From: a phage
Reading direction: 5' to 3' (one strand)
DNA length: 64,000 nucleotides
Sequence record: PZ445530.1
The translations under genes were made by a program, and so were the position numbers. A model generated the notes under the pieces. The model searched no databases, was not told where the DNA came from, and saw nothing but the letters and a program-made list of their open reading frames with translations. Positions 27,980 through 37,670 of the stretch are shown here, one piece after another (the stretch's first letter is position 1; every line of letters begins with the position of its first letter).

Positions 27980-28258
27980 TTACCAGAGGGTCTTCTGCAT
28001 CTTTAGTATTATACCACCCGTGAATAACCAGAGTCCCACACTCTGTTTCATATCTAACTGGAACTGTTCTGCAGTTTCCTCATCCATCTCTAAGATCTCC
28101 ATAAGGTACTTGATGTTAGGAAGGTATGCAGCTGTTACAGTTCCCTCTACCAGACCTTCGGGCCAACCTACATCCGGATGACAAGTAGGAACCAGATTAG
28201 TCAGCTTAATAGTGTACGCTTTTTCTGCACGAGCCTTCAGTAACGGGTCAATCTTCAT
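27980..28258 (-). CDS. hypothetical protein
   Basis: ORF. Confidence 0.5.
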   Translation of the reverse strand: MKIDPLLKARAEKAYTIKLTNLVPTCHPDVGWPEGLVEGTVTAAYLPNIKYLMEILEMDEETAEQFQLDMKQSVGLWLFTGGIILKMQKTLW

Positions 28259-28608
28259 TATTCGTCCTCCTCTTCGGTGCCTGCTTCCAGTAATAAGTTA
28301 AGAATATCTTCTGCACAAGGCTCATAGAACTCTTGGCCTTCATTATCAATGATTTTGTAGTCATCTCCACGAATAATCAGGGGATCACTCTCAAAATTAT
28401 CGAGACCTTTAACAACGACAACACGATCGATTGCCATCATTGTAAGAACTTTATCGACATCTTCCTCTGCTACACCATACTGCAGCAGAATGTCTTTGGT
28501 AGGAGGAACAGCATCCACCACAACGCCGTTACCAAAACCTTCCGGAAGTTTAGCTAAAATATCTTCCGGAACCACATTCACATCAAAACCGGTAATTTCT
28601 ACTTTCAT
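28258..28608 (-). CDS. Small acidic protein (MKVEI family)
   Basis: N-terminus MKVEITGF; acidic C-terminus EEEDE. Confidence 0.5.
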   Translation of the reverse strand: MKVEITGFDVNVVPEDILAKLPEGFGNGVVVDAVPPTKDILLQYGVAEEDVDKVLTMMAIDRVVVVKGLDNFESDPLIIRGDDYKIIDNEGQEFYEPCAEDILNLLLEAGTEEEDE

Positions 28609-28869
28609 TTACAGCACCTCTTCGTCAACTACTTCATAAAAATGGCCTGGGATTGCAATAGCGTTCTCACCTTCACCTACAAACACAGTTCCGTCAAGAA
28701 TCAACATCATAAGAATTTCTGTAATATCCTCTTCCGGAACGTTGCCAAAACCTTTAATCAGCTCGTAGGTTGGAATATTTACCTCTAAGATGTCACCATC
28801 TTTAGAACGGAAATCAACACCGTCCTGAATCTCTGCCGTTTCAAGGTTTTTCAATTTAATCTTCATCAA
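28609..28869 (-). CDS. Small acidic protein (MKIKL family)
   Basis: N-terminus MMKIKLKNL; ends VVDEEVL. Confidence 0.5.
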   Translation of the reverse strand: MMKIKLKNLETAEIQDGVDFRSKDGDILEVNIPTYELIKGFGNVPEEDITEILMMLILDGTVFVGEGENAIAIPGHFYEVVDEEVL

Positions 28870-28945
28870 TCGGTCTCCTGTCTTGTTAAGATGAAGGTAT
28901 TATTTCACACAGGGTTGGCGTTGTCAACACCTGTGTGCAAGAAAA

Positions 28946-29341
28946 TTACTGAAACAGTGCGGATAAATTACCTTCTGGTGGGAACTTATCTGCCAAAAAC
29001 GGTGTTAGCACAGTAGCCTTCTGAAGATCTGGGGTCCACTCGTTGTTCAGAACATCCCAGTAGTACGCAATGTTGCTGTGTGGGTGCCGCATTACGAACT
29101 TTTTCCCTTCGTAGTCATCTGAAACCTCTACAGAAGAAATAACAACAGAATCTTCAAGGGTTTCTTCATAGAAAGATCCACCTTCAAATTTCCAACGAGA
29201 TGCAAGAGCCCCTGCCTTGAACGCTGCAGATAACGGACTGTCGGCAAGAACATACATTTCTTGCACTCTGTCGCTGCGATCTTTGCTTCTTACGTTGTAT
29301 ACAGTATCTGAGCTATACTCAACACGGTATAGGCTTACCAT
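28946..29341 (-). CDS. hypothetical protein
   Basis: ORF. Confidence 0.5.
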   Translation of the reverse strand: MVSLYRVEYSSDTVYNVRSKDRSDRVQEMYVLADSPLSAAFKAGALASRWKFEGGSFYEETLEDSVVISSVEVSDDYEGKKFVMRHPHSNIAYYWDVLNNEWTPDLQKATVLTPFLADKFPPEGNLSALFQ

Positions 29342-29673
29342 TACCGCACCTCCTCAATAACTTCCACATCTGAACCTACCGCAAATGCAAAAGGACAGGT
29401 TTCATGAAAGATATCCGGATCGCCGCCAAGCTTGCTAACAATTTCTCCACCACTAATAAACACAAGCTCACCGATATTCATCAGATTGCTGAAATAGTAC
29501 CCATAATGATTAAAGAATGCAGCAGGGTCAGGTAGACTAGTAGCCTCAAGCACTACATCGGTTGAGGTTACTTTCTTATCATAACCTCTCGCCTTTTGAG
29601 ATGCAAGATCTGCAGAATCCTCAGGAGACCGGAGATGCACAGGAATTGTTTCACCAATAAAGCGTACTTTCAT
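29341..29673 (-). CDS. hypothetical protein (MKVRF start)
   Basis: Start placed at ATG 29673 with SD-like gggtga upstream; track start 29700 is TTG. Confidence 0.45.
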   Translation of the reverse strand: MKVRFIGETIPVHLRSPEDSADLASQKARGYDKKVTSTDVVLEATSLPDPAAFFNHYGYYFSNLMNIGELVFISGGEIVSKLGGDPDIFHETCPFAFAVGSDVEVIEEVR

Positions 29674-29677
29674 ATTA

Positions 29678-29941
29678 TCACCCAACAACCATAGCTTCAA
29701 AAGGAGTCATGAACGAATAAACGGCATCATCATCTGCTTCAGGGAATGCTCCCAAAGACTTCATGTCTGAGCCCTTGACAAATACAAGGTTTTGATCAAA
29801 AGCTTCTTGGGGGTCAATCCGATACATATTTCGTAGAATATCGCTTACCTCCTCATCAAGAGGTGAGTATGCTGTGCACGTTTTTCCGATCAAGCTTTGA
29901 GAATCAGGGTAGCCACCTGAAGTTTTAAAATAAACAATCAT
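29678..29941 (-). CDS. hypothetical protein
   Basis: ORF. Confidence 0.5.
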   Translation of the reverse strand: MIVYFKTSGGYPDSQSLIGKTCTAYSPLDEEVSDILRNMYRIDPQEAFDQNLVFVKGSDMKSLGAFPEADDDAVYSFMTPFEAMVVG

Positions 29942-30032
29942 ATAGTATCACCTCTGGTAAGAGATTGGGATTCCTTTCCCATAAATAATTACAAATCTTC
30001 CTTAGCGAGGAAGTATGCTAATCCAAGCAGGA

Positions 30033-30302
30033 TTATTCCTCTACAATCTCATACACATCAGGAGTTACAATCAACTCTTCTCCGTTACCCGGTGCAACAA
30101 ACACCACCAAGCCTTCAGGTGTGTGCTTTTTAGCCATCTCGATAACATCTTCTCGCAGAGCTGGCTCCATCAGATCAAAGCCTTCACCCAGGGCATCACG
30201 AACCACCTTCATATAGTCCACTGGTTGTGCTTCAACAATCATGCCTTCAACCAGTCCACAGTTTTTGTCTGCCAGCTCAGTTTTGAATAATTTAATTTTC
30301 AT
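30033..30302 (-). CDS. Small acidic protein (MKIKL family)
   Basis: N-terminus MKIKLFKTEL; ends YEIVEE; SD gaggag upstream. Confidence 0.5.
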   Translation of the reverse strand: MKIKLFKTELADKNCGLVEGMIVEAQPVDYMKVVRDALGEGFDLMEPALREDVIEMAKKHTPEGLVVFVAPGNGEELIVTPDVYEIVEE

Positions 30303-30354
30303 TTAGAGGTCTCCTCAATTATTTGATATTAATAGCCGTAACCTAACACATTAA

Positions 30355-30609
30355 CTACAACTGCGATTGCAAACATAATTTCAAAGCATGCCCATGGTAA
30401 AAATCTTTGTCCTTAGACAGTTTCTCATCTATATCTGCATCAACACATTCGTGATCCATAGCATTTTGCCTGAACGCATCGGTTATGCCAATGCACGCCT
30501 TGCTCTCAAGACTGGTATATCCGATATCTTTTAATTCAGTTTCCCAAGTCCAGTACCCTATAAAAGCTAAAACAGCTACCCACAGTAATAACGTTTTAAT
30601 CTTTGGCAT
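30355..30609 (-). CDS. Putative secreted small protein
   Basis: N-terminal signal-like LLLWVAVLAFIGY. Confidence 0.45.
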   Translation of the reverse strand: MPKIKTLLLWVAVLAFIGYWTWETELKDIGYTSLESKACIGITDAFRQNAMDHECVDADIDEKLSKDKDFYHGHALKLCLQSQL

Positions 30610-30671
30610 TCTCTCTACCTCTTTCTTAGTTTATTTCACTATGGCACATCCTTTGTGCCATATCTCAACTA

Positions 30672-31142
30672 CTACTTAAATAGTAGTTCAAAATAGTGCA
30701 AAATTAACAGAAGTTGAACTACACCTAGTGCAACGGCGAGTATGTTAATCTTAGAATCGAAAAACTTCTTAACTTTTACTCTAAAAGGTTCCTTAATGTC
30801 CTTTACGATCCTATCTATAGATGACCTCATATCTCTGATTACCCTCCTGAACATTAAAGACGGATGCTCCCCCATCTCTGTAACGGAATCGAAAACATAC
30901 TCTCTTCGGTCATAAGGGCCGCCAGCTCTGCGTATTAACCTCTCCACAGAGACCTCGAACGTCACACCTGTAACGTAATCATCTATAACAAGTCGTGACG
31001 GGTCTTTACCTTTACTATCAAGAGGTATCAAAGTTATCTTTCCAGATTTTGTTAAAATTTCCCCTTTTTCAAGCAAGGTGTACCAATGCTCTCTGCCAAG
31101 ACTGTTGAGGCACGTTTTTACATATTTAACAAACATCGTCAC
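30672..31142 (-). CDS. hypothetical protein with C-terminal TM segment
   Basis: ORF; hydrophobic C-terminus ILAVALGVVQLLLILHYF. Confidence 0.5.
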   Translation of the reverse strand: MTMFVKYVKTCLNSLGREHWYTLLEKGEILTKSGKITLIPLDSKGKDPSRLVIDDYVTGVTFEVSVERLIRRAGGPYDRREYVFDSVTEMGEHPSLMFRRVIRDMRSSIDRIVKDIKEPFRVKVKKFFDSKINILAVALGVVQLLLILHYFELLFK

Positions 31143-31342
31143 CCCTCATCGCACGTCTGATATAACCACTCTATAAAATCTTGATACCATTCGCCCTCTG
31201 AGCGCTCCGTAGGCCAATAATCTTCACCCTCTCGTGCATTAAAATCTGAGTATTCAACTTTCCACTCCTTTACCAGCTCGTGGAGAAGGTTTTCAGCCTG
31301 CTCTAAAGATTTATTTTTTACCATTGCTGTCTCCTTTTTCAA
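31139..31342 (-). CDS. hypothetical protein
   Basis: ORF; overlapping stop/start. Confidence 0.45.
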   Translation of the reverse strand: MKKETAMVKNKSLEQAENLLHELVKEWKVEYSDFNAREGEDYWPTERSEGEWYQDFIEWLYQTCDEG

Positions 31343-31543
31343 GATAGTTATACATCAGAACTGCACCACCTAAGATGGCTACCAGTAACAATACCCCAGA
31401 TAGCATCTCAATAAACATGGCTTGAAACACTGGAAGGCCTCCCTAAATTAACGCACCATTTTAAATACATGCTCTTTTCCCATAAAGGTGCCTGGCTAAG
31501 ATCTGCGTAGAACGCAATCTCTTTAAGAACAGTATAAACAGTT

Positions 31544-31780
31544 TTAGGTGCGGTCTCCATCCCTACCCTCCTTTTTCTCCTTACGGATATTCTTGTAGTA
31601 ATCAACCAGGCACATTATCACGATGAAGATAACAACAGGCCAAAAAGGTGCAGCAGTGATGATGGTGATAAAATCATCAAACTTCACCCTTCGTCTGGAC
31701 ACGATGCATACACCTGTCAAGAATACCGCTGTTATAACGGACATTACCAGGTAACCTATTAGCACAACATTTATACTCAT
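31544..31780 (-). CDS. Small membrane protein
   Basis: Two hydrophobic segments. Confidence 0.45.
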   Translation of the reverse strand: MSINVVLIGYLVMSVITAVFLTGVCIVSRRRVKFDDFITIITAAPFWPVVIFIVIMCLVDYYKNIRKEKKEGRDGDRT

Positions 31781-31810
31781 TGGTCCTCCCTTTGTAGGTT
31801 AAATTGTATA

Positions 31811-32344
31811 CTACAAATGGCAGCTGAGGGTGTCAAGAAAATTATCCCGTTCTTTCTCAGAGTTTTCATGGGTGTAGCTGAAAAACATATCGAGAATAAC
31901 CTTATTGATATATTCCAGCTCCTCTGTGTTCAGATGCTTAGCAGGATCTACAATGACATCCCAAATATCATACAGACCCCACTCATGATACCCATAACGC
32001 CACTCAATTGTCAAGCTGAGCGGCAAATCTTTACCGTCACAAACAACCTTCCATCTACATATGTTGGTATCTGGTCGTACCTGTGCACGGTACACCTGTA
32101 CAAAATCCAATTTGAATTTGAGGTACTCGTCATACAATTTAAGCACAAAGCTCTCGATTTGTGGAGACACTTTTGCAGCAAACTGTGCGTATTTGTACTT
32201 GCACTGGATGATCTTTCTGCGTTTTGCAGTTAAATTTTTTGCCGCCAGTTGTTCTTCAGTATATCTCCACCTACGATCAACAAACGCAACAGGGTCTTTG
32301 TCTCCATAGAGGTCTTCCCAGTTAATCAGAAGCATACCTGTCAC
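31811..32344 (-). CDS. hypothetical protein
   Basis: ORF. Confidence 0.5.
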   Translation of the reverse strand: MTGMLLINWEDLYGDKDPVAFVDRRWRYTEEQLAAKNLTAKRRKIIQCKYKYAQFAAKVSPQIESFVLKLYDEYLKFKLDFVQVYRAQVRPDTNICRWKVVCDGKDLPLSLTIEWRYGYHEWGLYDIWDVIVDPAKHLNTEELEYINKVILDMFFSYTHENSEKERDNFLDTLSCHL

Positions 32345-32574
32345 TCCTCTACAACTTCAAGGCCTTTACCGCCTCGCTCTGGCAGATTACTTAAAGATAG
32401 GTAATACATATAATCAGGAGAGATCCTGCCAGACTCTGCACCTGCAGCTAGTAAATCCTTCCCTTTAACCAGGACAACATTCTCGTTTGCAGATAGCCGT
32501 TTTGTTTCCACAATTTTACCAACACAGTCAACCAAGGAAGGGTACCCTAAATCTGTAAGAAATTTAACTTTCAT
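32341..32574 (-). CDS. Small acidic protein (MKVKF family)
   Basis: N-terminus MKVKFLTDL; ends LEVVEE. Confidence 0.5.
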   Translation of the reverse strand: MKVKFLTDLGYPSLVDCVGKIVETKRLSANENVVLVKGKDLLAAGAESGRISPDYMYYLSLSNLPERGGKGLEVVEE

Positions 32575-32611
32575 GCTACCTCCTACCTACCGTCCCTGGT
32601 AAGATAAATTA

Positions 32612-33010
32612 TTACTGAACAGAGCGCGGTGCTGGGAAGGATAACTCTTCTAAAGAGAAGATTTCATTTCCTACCACCCAAGTTGCTGGGTCATCTGGAT
32701 CAACAGGTTGGATAATCATTACCTCATCCGCCTCGCACACACGTTTCCCACCCATAGTAGCGTCAGCCACTAACATACGCGGCTCTTCAGAAATGCACAG
32801 GTAGCCACCTCGGCCCACTGTTCCTTCCACGGGATCCTGCCCTTTGACCACAATGAATACCTTCTCTCCTGTGGCGATATTACTTTTCACACTAACAGTT
32901 TGACCAACTTTAGATGTACCGATCTTGGTGGCTTCAAACATTAAATCCCGAATTACTGTTGCATAGTTGCCGGACACTTTCTTACCTTCTTTAGTAATCT
33001 CAATCTTCAT
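32612..33010 (-). CDS. hypothetical protein (MKIEI family)
   Basis: N-terminus MKIEITKEG. Confidence 0.5.
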   Translation of the reverse strand: MKIEITKEGKKVSGNYATVIRDLMFEATKIGTSKVGQTVSVKSNIATGEKVFIVVKGQDPVEGTVGRGGYLCISEEPRMLVADATMGGKRVCEADEVMIIQPVDPDDPATWVVGNEIFSLEELSFPAPRSVQ

Positions 33011-33282
33011 AATCTAGGCTCCTTAAATGAATCTATGTAATCAATTAAATCCCAAACATCGCGATGGGCTGTCAGAGGGTATACTTCTCCGAGAGGGATC
33101 ATAGCAATAAGTCTATCAAAAACCCAGTCTGGACGCAACATTTTATGGTGATATTCCCACTCACCTTCCACAGATTTTTTCTGAGTGATCAGGATCTCTG
33201 TGTAGTGTTTCGCCTGTCTTGAGTAGATTGAAAATGACTTGTACATAAATGACCCCCTCTTGTTGAAAACAACAATACACAA
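33007..33282 (-). CDS. hypothetical protein
   Basis: ORF. Confidence 0.45.
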   Translation of the reverse strand: MCIVVFNKRGSFMYKSFSIYSRQAKHYTEILITQKKSVEGEWEYHHKMLRPDWVFDRLIAMIPLGEVYPLTAHRDVWDLIDYIDSFKEPRL

Positions 33283-33597
33283 CTACCAGGTTACTGTCAA
33301 GTAGGCAACCGTATTATTTTTCTCTGGGGAGATGCCAACAACATCTACCTGCAGACCTCCTGCCCTTAAATCTCCAACAATGTGCGGGAAGTAATCTGAG
33401 AGATGCGAGGGTAGATTTATCGAAAATCCGCACCCCAGAAAGCCTGCTAACGCTTTATTTTGTATCTCCCCCACAATCGAATCATAAATGGAGTTAAGCT
33501 CGTCAGGGAGCGTTACAGGACGTTTTAGCGCTAACTGGTGTAATTTGTCCTTAGCACTCATTTTCATTTCAGGTCTACCTCTGGTGGTGCCAACCAC
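33283..33597 (-). CDS. hypothetical protein
   Basis: ORF. Confidence 0.45.
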   Translation of the reverse strand: MVGTTRGRPEMKMSAKDKLHQLALKRPVTLPDELNSIYDSIVGEIQNKALAGFLGCGFSINLPSHLSDYFPHIVGDLRAGGLQVDVVGISPEKNNTVAYLTVTW

Positions 33598-34097
33598 ATA
33601 AATGGCGGCAAGCCTAAACGGTTTTTCTTATCCCACACAAAATATGCATATGCTTGCCCGTCAGTTCTGCCATTTGATTGAAAAGATGGACGCTTAGATA
33701 TTGTGATCACAGAGGTAGGTGCATTATCAAGCCACCATTCAAATCTGGCTTTGCTTTCCAGAAAATTAAGACGCAAAAGCATAATAACTACGTCAGCATC
33801 TTTCAACGCCTTGTCTACAAACTCACGAGCCAAACTGTATGGTGGGTTGGTGATAATACAGTCAACATGGTTGTATTCTGTATTCAGATAGTCAACACCT
33901 TCTTGGATTTCTCCCCATGCAGATCCTAACGGCATACGGGAGTAGAACACACCTGAGGCACTATTCCTGCAAGGCTCTAAGTAGGTCCAGTCTTCTGGGA
34001 ACGGAATAAGGTCATACAGCCCTTCTGCACACCACTCCGGTGTCACATACTCATCGTAAGCGTTACGTTGTTCATCAGGTTTTCTAGCACAAGTCAT
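33564..34097 (-). CDS. DNA N6-adenine methyltransferase (NPPY type)
   Basis: Catalytic motif DCIITNPPYS. Confidence 0.7.
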   Translation of the reverse strand: MTCARKPDEQRNAYDEYVTPEWCAEGLYDLIPFPEDWTYLEPCRNSASGVFYSRMPLGSAWGEIQEGVDYLNTEYNHVDCIITNPPYSLAREFVDKALKDADVVIMLLRLNFLESKARFEWWLDNAPTSVITISKRPSFQSNGRTDGQAYAYFVWDKKNRLGLPPFMWLAPPEVDLK

Positions 34098-34148
34098 GCA
34101 AATCTCCAGATCATAAAAGCCCTCCGAAGAGGGCTTTAGAATTAATGT

Positions 34149-35195
34149 TTAAGCTTCTTCGACAATTCCTGCACCCAGGATTTTTTCATTGAGCTCTTTT
34201 GCTGTTTTAATAATATTGTCCACCAGACGCTTGCGAGTCTTATCTTTTACCTTAACCTCTTCACCGCCGTTCAGGGTTGTCTTCAATTGGGACAGAATGT
34301 CTTGAAGTTCAACGACAGAGAATCGCTGCAGATCTTCTGAGGTAATCTCACCTAAGGCAATCTTAATGGTCTCACCACTTTCCATCTGCAGATTTAGGAA
34401 CACAGTGTGAACATCACCTTTCGAACCAACCGCTTTCGCAGATTCAACAGCATGAACTAGCTCATCTAAAGAGGTGCACTGGTGAATCTCAGGAAGACCT
34501 GCTTCACCTAACACGCCTTCATCACCTTTTGCCAGAAGCTTTTTAGGTTTTTGTCCGTTCTGGATGCGCTGTATGTTACCTTCATCCAGAATGATGGCTC
34601 CAGTTCGAGCTGCCAGCTCCTCTCCGTCCAACCACACTTCACCACCAGCTGTGATGGATGCGATCTCATCTTCTGTCAGCACCCCACCGTAGTATTTTTC
34701 GATCAGGCGTTCAAAACGTTTTTTCCAGTAGCTGACCTGAGTATTCATGTTCACACCGTTACCATAAGTGCCACCTTGATAGTAGTGGAACATAAATTCT
34801 GTGTCCGGAGCCACAGTGCGTTCTTTACAACCCAGCCATAAGATTGTTCCCGCAGAGCAGCACATCCCTTCAGCATGTGCAACAACGCTTGCCTGAGACT
34901 CGCGGAATGCCTGCAGATAAGCCATTGCAATGTGCACGCAACCACCAGGGCTATTGATGATCACCCGAATGCTTTCTTCCGGCTGAGCCATACGGATCGT
35001 CTGCAGACGAGACATATGATCCTGCAGGTCTTCCAAATCGTCGATATAAAGAACGTGGTCAACAACAGGTGTTGGGTAGCTGTATGTTTCCATGATACCG
35101 CCCGGCATACCAAACATTTTATTACTCATAGGTTCGAAACCGTTCTGTTTTTCTTTCATGCCGTGTACCATGGTGCTGCGAGGTGTTAAATTCAT
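34149..35195 (-). CDS. ClpP-family serine protease with C-terminal extension
   Basis: ClpP-like INSPGG and catalytic-Ser region GMCCSAGT. Confidence 0.65.
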   Translation of the reverse strand: MNLTPRSTMVHGMKEKQNGFEPMSNKMFGMPGGIMETYSYPTPVVDHVLYIDDLEDLQDHMSRLQTIRMAQPEESIRVIINSPGGCVHIAMAYLQAFRESQASVVAHAEGMCCSAGTILWLGCKERTVAPDTEFMFHYYQGGTYGNGVNMNTQVSYWKKRFERLIEKYYGGVLTEDEIASITAGGEVWLDGEELAARTGAIILDEGNIQRIQNGQKPKKLLAKGDEGVLGEAGLPEIHQCTSLDELVHAVESAKAVGSKGDVHTVFLNLQMESGETIKIALGEITSEDLQRFSVVELQDILSQLKTTLNGGEEVKVKDKTRKRLVDNIIKTAKELNEKILGAGIVEEA

Positions 35196-35255
35196 GAGAA
35201 ATCCTTAATATTGGAAGTTGAAAGCTATTTATTTAAACCTGATTCACATTTACCT

Positions 35256-35627
35256 TTATTTAGCAATCACTATGGAATACTTACGATTGTCAGAAGCATC
35301 ACAACTCAATGATTGCCAGTCTACCACATACCACGTATCATTGTCAACAATTACTTTATCGCCTGTTCTGTAGCAAGTGCTGCTTTCAATAATTCGAGAC
35401 TCGATAAAGAATCTGTGTCGGCGCTCACGTAGCAACGCTAAGTTAATTATATTACCACCGCTGTCCTTGGTCCACACATTCTTGGATCCTTTATTTGCCA
35501 AAATTGTCTCGCCGTTATAGACAAACAGGCAGTATATTTTATTCAATCTCTCTTGTATTGTAGCCATACTGTCCTTCTCTTTGTTTTGTCCGATAATAAT
35601 ATCTAAAGCTTGCCTATTTGTCAACAA
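35256..35627 (-). CDS. hypothetical protein
   Basis: ORF. Confidence 0.4.
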   Translation of the reverse strand: MLTNRQALDIIIGQNKEKDSMATIQERLNKIYCLFVYNGETILANKGSKNVWTKDSGGNIINLALLRERRHRFFIESRIIESSTCYRTGDKVIVDNDTWYVVDWQSLSCDASDNRKYSIVIAK

Positions 35628-35668
35628 CTGTTTTAGATATTTAAGGGTGGAATAACCACCCTTCTATA

Positions 35669-36457
35669 TTACTCGGAAACAGGGGTCCAAATATGATTTG
35701 CACGATCCTCAATAAGATTGAGTGCGATCTGACGACCCAACCCGGAACGAACGACATCGTCTGGACTATCAAAGCTGATCATTCCAACCTCAGGATCTGG
35801 ATGACGAGTAAAGAAATCCGTCACCCATGCAAGTCCAGATTTACCAGGGATGTCACGTTGGCTATTATCCCCCATAATTACAAGGGTGGCCTGATCAGAG
35901 ATCCTTGTGATAATTGACAACATTTCTTCAGGGTTAGTTTGCTGTGCCTCGTCAATCAGGACAAAGCATCGCTCATCGAAACTACGACCACGAATGCTTT
36001 CAACTTCACAAATCTCGATACGGCTGTTCTGACCGTCTCCCAGCATTGCGGCAAAAGCACCTTTGCCAACACGGCGACAAATCGTGTCCATCATGCTTCG
36101 AAGATAGGGCCACAGTTTCTGCATTGCATTTCCAGGTTTAAATCCTGAAGTCTTCCCTGTCTGAACGTAAGGGCGTGCAACAATGATCTTATCAATCTCG
36201 TTCTTACGCAGAAGATCACCTGCATATGCAGATGCCATGAATGTCTTACCGGATCCAAACACACCGTTTACAATAATAATCTTACGTGACCCTAGATAAT
36301 CAAGGTACTTTTGCTGCTTTTTATTCATTGGTCGGAGAGCTGGAGCGGTGTGCTCTCTTTCGTCAGCAAATTTCTCAGCAGCCTTACGCAGGCGATCAGA
36401 TTTGCGAGCCTCTCTAGCTTCATCACGCATGCGTTTTGTTTCTTTAGCTCGACCCAT
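35669..36457 (-). CDS. phoH: PhoH-like ATPase
   Basis: Walker A GVFGSGKTF; Walker B-like FVLIDEAQ; typical PhoH length. Confidence 0.85.
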   Translation of the reverse strand: MGRAKETKRMRDEAREARKSDRLRKAAEKFADEREHTAPALRPMNKKQQKYLDYLGSRKIIIVNGVFGSGKTFMASAYAGDLLRKNEIDKIIVARPYVQTGKTSGFKPGNAMQKLWPYLRSMMDTICRRVGKGAFAAMLGDGQNSRIEICEVESIRGRSFDERCFVLIDEAQQTNPEEMLSIITRISDQATLVIMGDNSQRDIPGKSGLAWVTDFFTRHPDPEVGMISFDSPDDVVRSGLGRQIALNLIEDRANHIWTPVSE

Positions 36458-36495
36458 GTTGGGACTCCTTTCAGATTGAGATGTGCCAAGTACTT

Positions 36496-36846
36496 TTACT
36501 GCAACAGTTTTTCAATAGCCGCTTCCATGCTGCTTGCAACAGCCTGAACTCGGATATTCATCTCTTCTTGGTGGATCAGCTCCTTAAGCTCTTTAATGGT
36601 AAATTCTTTAGAGAAACCTTCCACCATAATCTTGTGCAAGGCTTCTTGCGTGTCTACTTGCAAGAACTTTTCCAGTTTGTTGGCAGAGGCTTCTAAATCA
36701 GCCCGAATACGAGGGTCATCTGTGCGATTCAGCATTAGGCGTAAGCCATCAAGATTAGTAGAAATAGCATCTGCATGTTGAGTAACTAACCGTGGCAAAA
36801 TGAGATCTACAACCTTATTAGCCAAATCGATACGTTCTTGTGTCAC
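36496..36846 (-). CDS. hypothetical protein
   Basis: ORF; GTG start overlaps upstream stop (GTGA). Confidence 0.45.
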   Translation of the reverse strand: MTQERIDLANKVVDLILPRLVTQHADAISTNLDGLRLMLNRTDDPRIRADLEASANKLEKFLQVDTQEALHKIMVEGFSKEFTIKELKELIHQEEMNIRVQAVASSMEAAIEKLLQ

Positions 36847-36956
36847 TGTTGCACCCCCTCTTCATCTTCATGATGTTTCTTTTCACGCTTGTGTTTTTTC
36901 TTAAGCTCAAGCGCAATCTCTTTCTTGTACGCCTTCTTCAAGGCTTTTTTAGCCAT
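36843..36956 (-). CDS. Small basic protein (37 aa)
   Basis: SD gaggagg 6 nt upstream; Lys-rich MAKKALKKAYKK. Confidence 0.35.
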   Translation of the reverse strand: MAKKALKKAYKKEIALELKKKHKREKKHHEDEEGVQQ

Positions 36957-37020
36957 TTGGCACCTCCTCTGCTTTCATTTTACGATAATTATACCTATCT
37001 ACACCAAGCTTTGTCAACAA

Positions 37021-37494
37021 CTAGTCTACCTGAACCCAACCGCCTGCTACTTTTTTAAACATTCTTTGGTTATCGCTGCCTCGGAACGGTTTCTTGGTTG
37101 GTAAATCTTTTACATACTTACCGTCAATGATGATATCAGCCAGTTTAAGAACATCACTAGAGATATGGTCAAATGTGAACCCAGTATATACAAGAATAGT
37201 TTTCTTGTCACCAAATTTTTCCTTAATTTTCTCCATCAGGCTAATAATACCTGGCTCATTATAGTATGCTAAGGGTTCTCCACCCAGCAGAGAGATACCG
37301 CACACAGACGGGTTATCCAGATCTGACAAGATTTTTTGCAAATCTTCTTCAGTGAACTCCCTCCCCTTATCTTTTGACCAAAATGCCTGATTAAAGCAAC
37401 CAGGGCAAGCGTGTGGGCACCCAGATACCCACAAGGCAGTTCTAATACCTGGCCCTTCTGTGTAAGATACTTCTGTGTATCCGACAATGTTCAT
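37021..37494 (-). CDS. nrdG: Anaerobic ribonucleotide reductase activating protein
   Basis: Radical-SAM CPHACPGC motif; adjacent to nrdD. Confidence 0.8.
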   Translation of the reverse strand: MNIVGYTEVSYTEGPGIRTALWVSGCPHACPGCFNQAFWSKDKGREFTEEDLQKILSDLDNPSVCGISLLGGEPLAYYNEPGIISLMEKIKEKFGDKKTILVYTGFTFDHISSDVLKLADIIIDGKYVKDLPTKKPFRGSDNQRMFKKVAGGWVQVD

Positions 37495-37523
37495 AGATAC
37501 TCCGTATCACATTTAGGGCAATG

Positions 37524-37607
37524 TCAAATAAAATCGTCTAGTGCCTTGCACCAACGAAGATTGCAACGACAACCACACTTGCAAATTTTATAAATACCTG
37601 TAGACAT
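37524..37607 (-). CDS. Cys-rich micro-ORF (27 aa) between nrdD and nrdG
   Basis: Strong SD aggagg 6 nt before ATG; sequence MSTGIYKICKCGCRCNLRWCK. Confidence 0.35.
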   Translation of the reverse strand: MSTGIYKICKCGCRCNLRWCKALDDFI

Positions 37608-37670
37608 ACTGTACCTCCTAGCCCACTGTGTGTCAATAATATGCCACATCCTTGTGGCTTTTGTCAAGTA

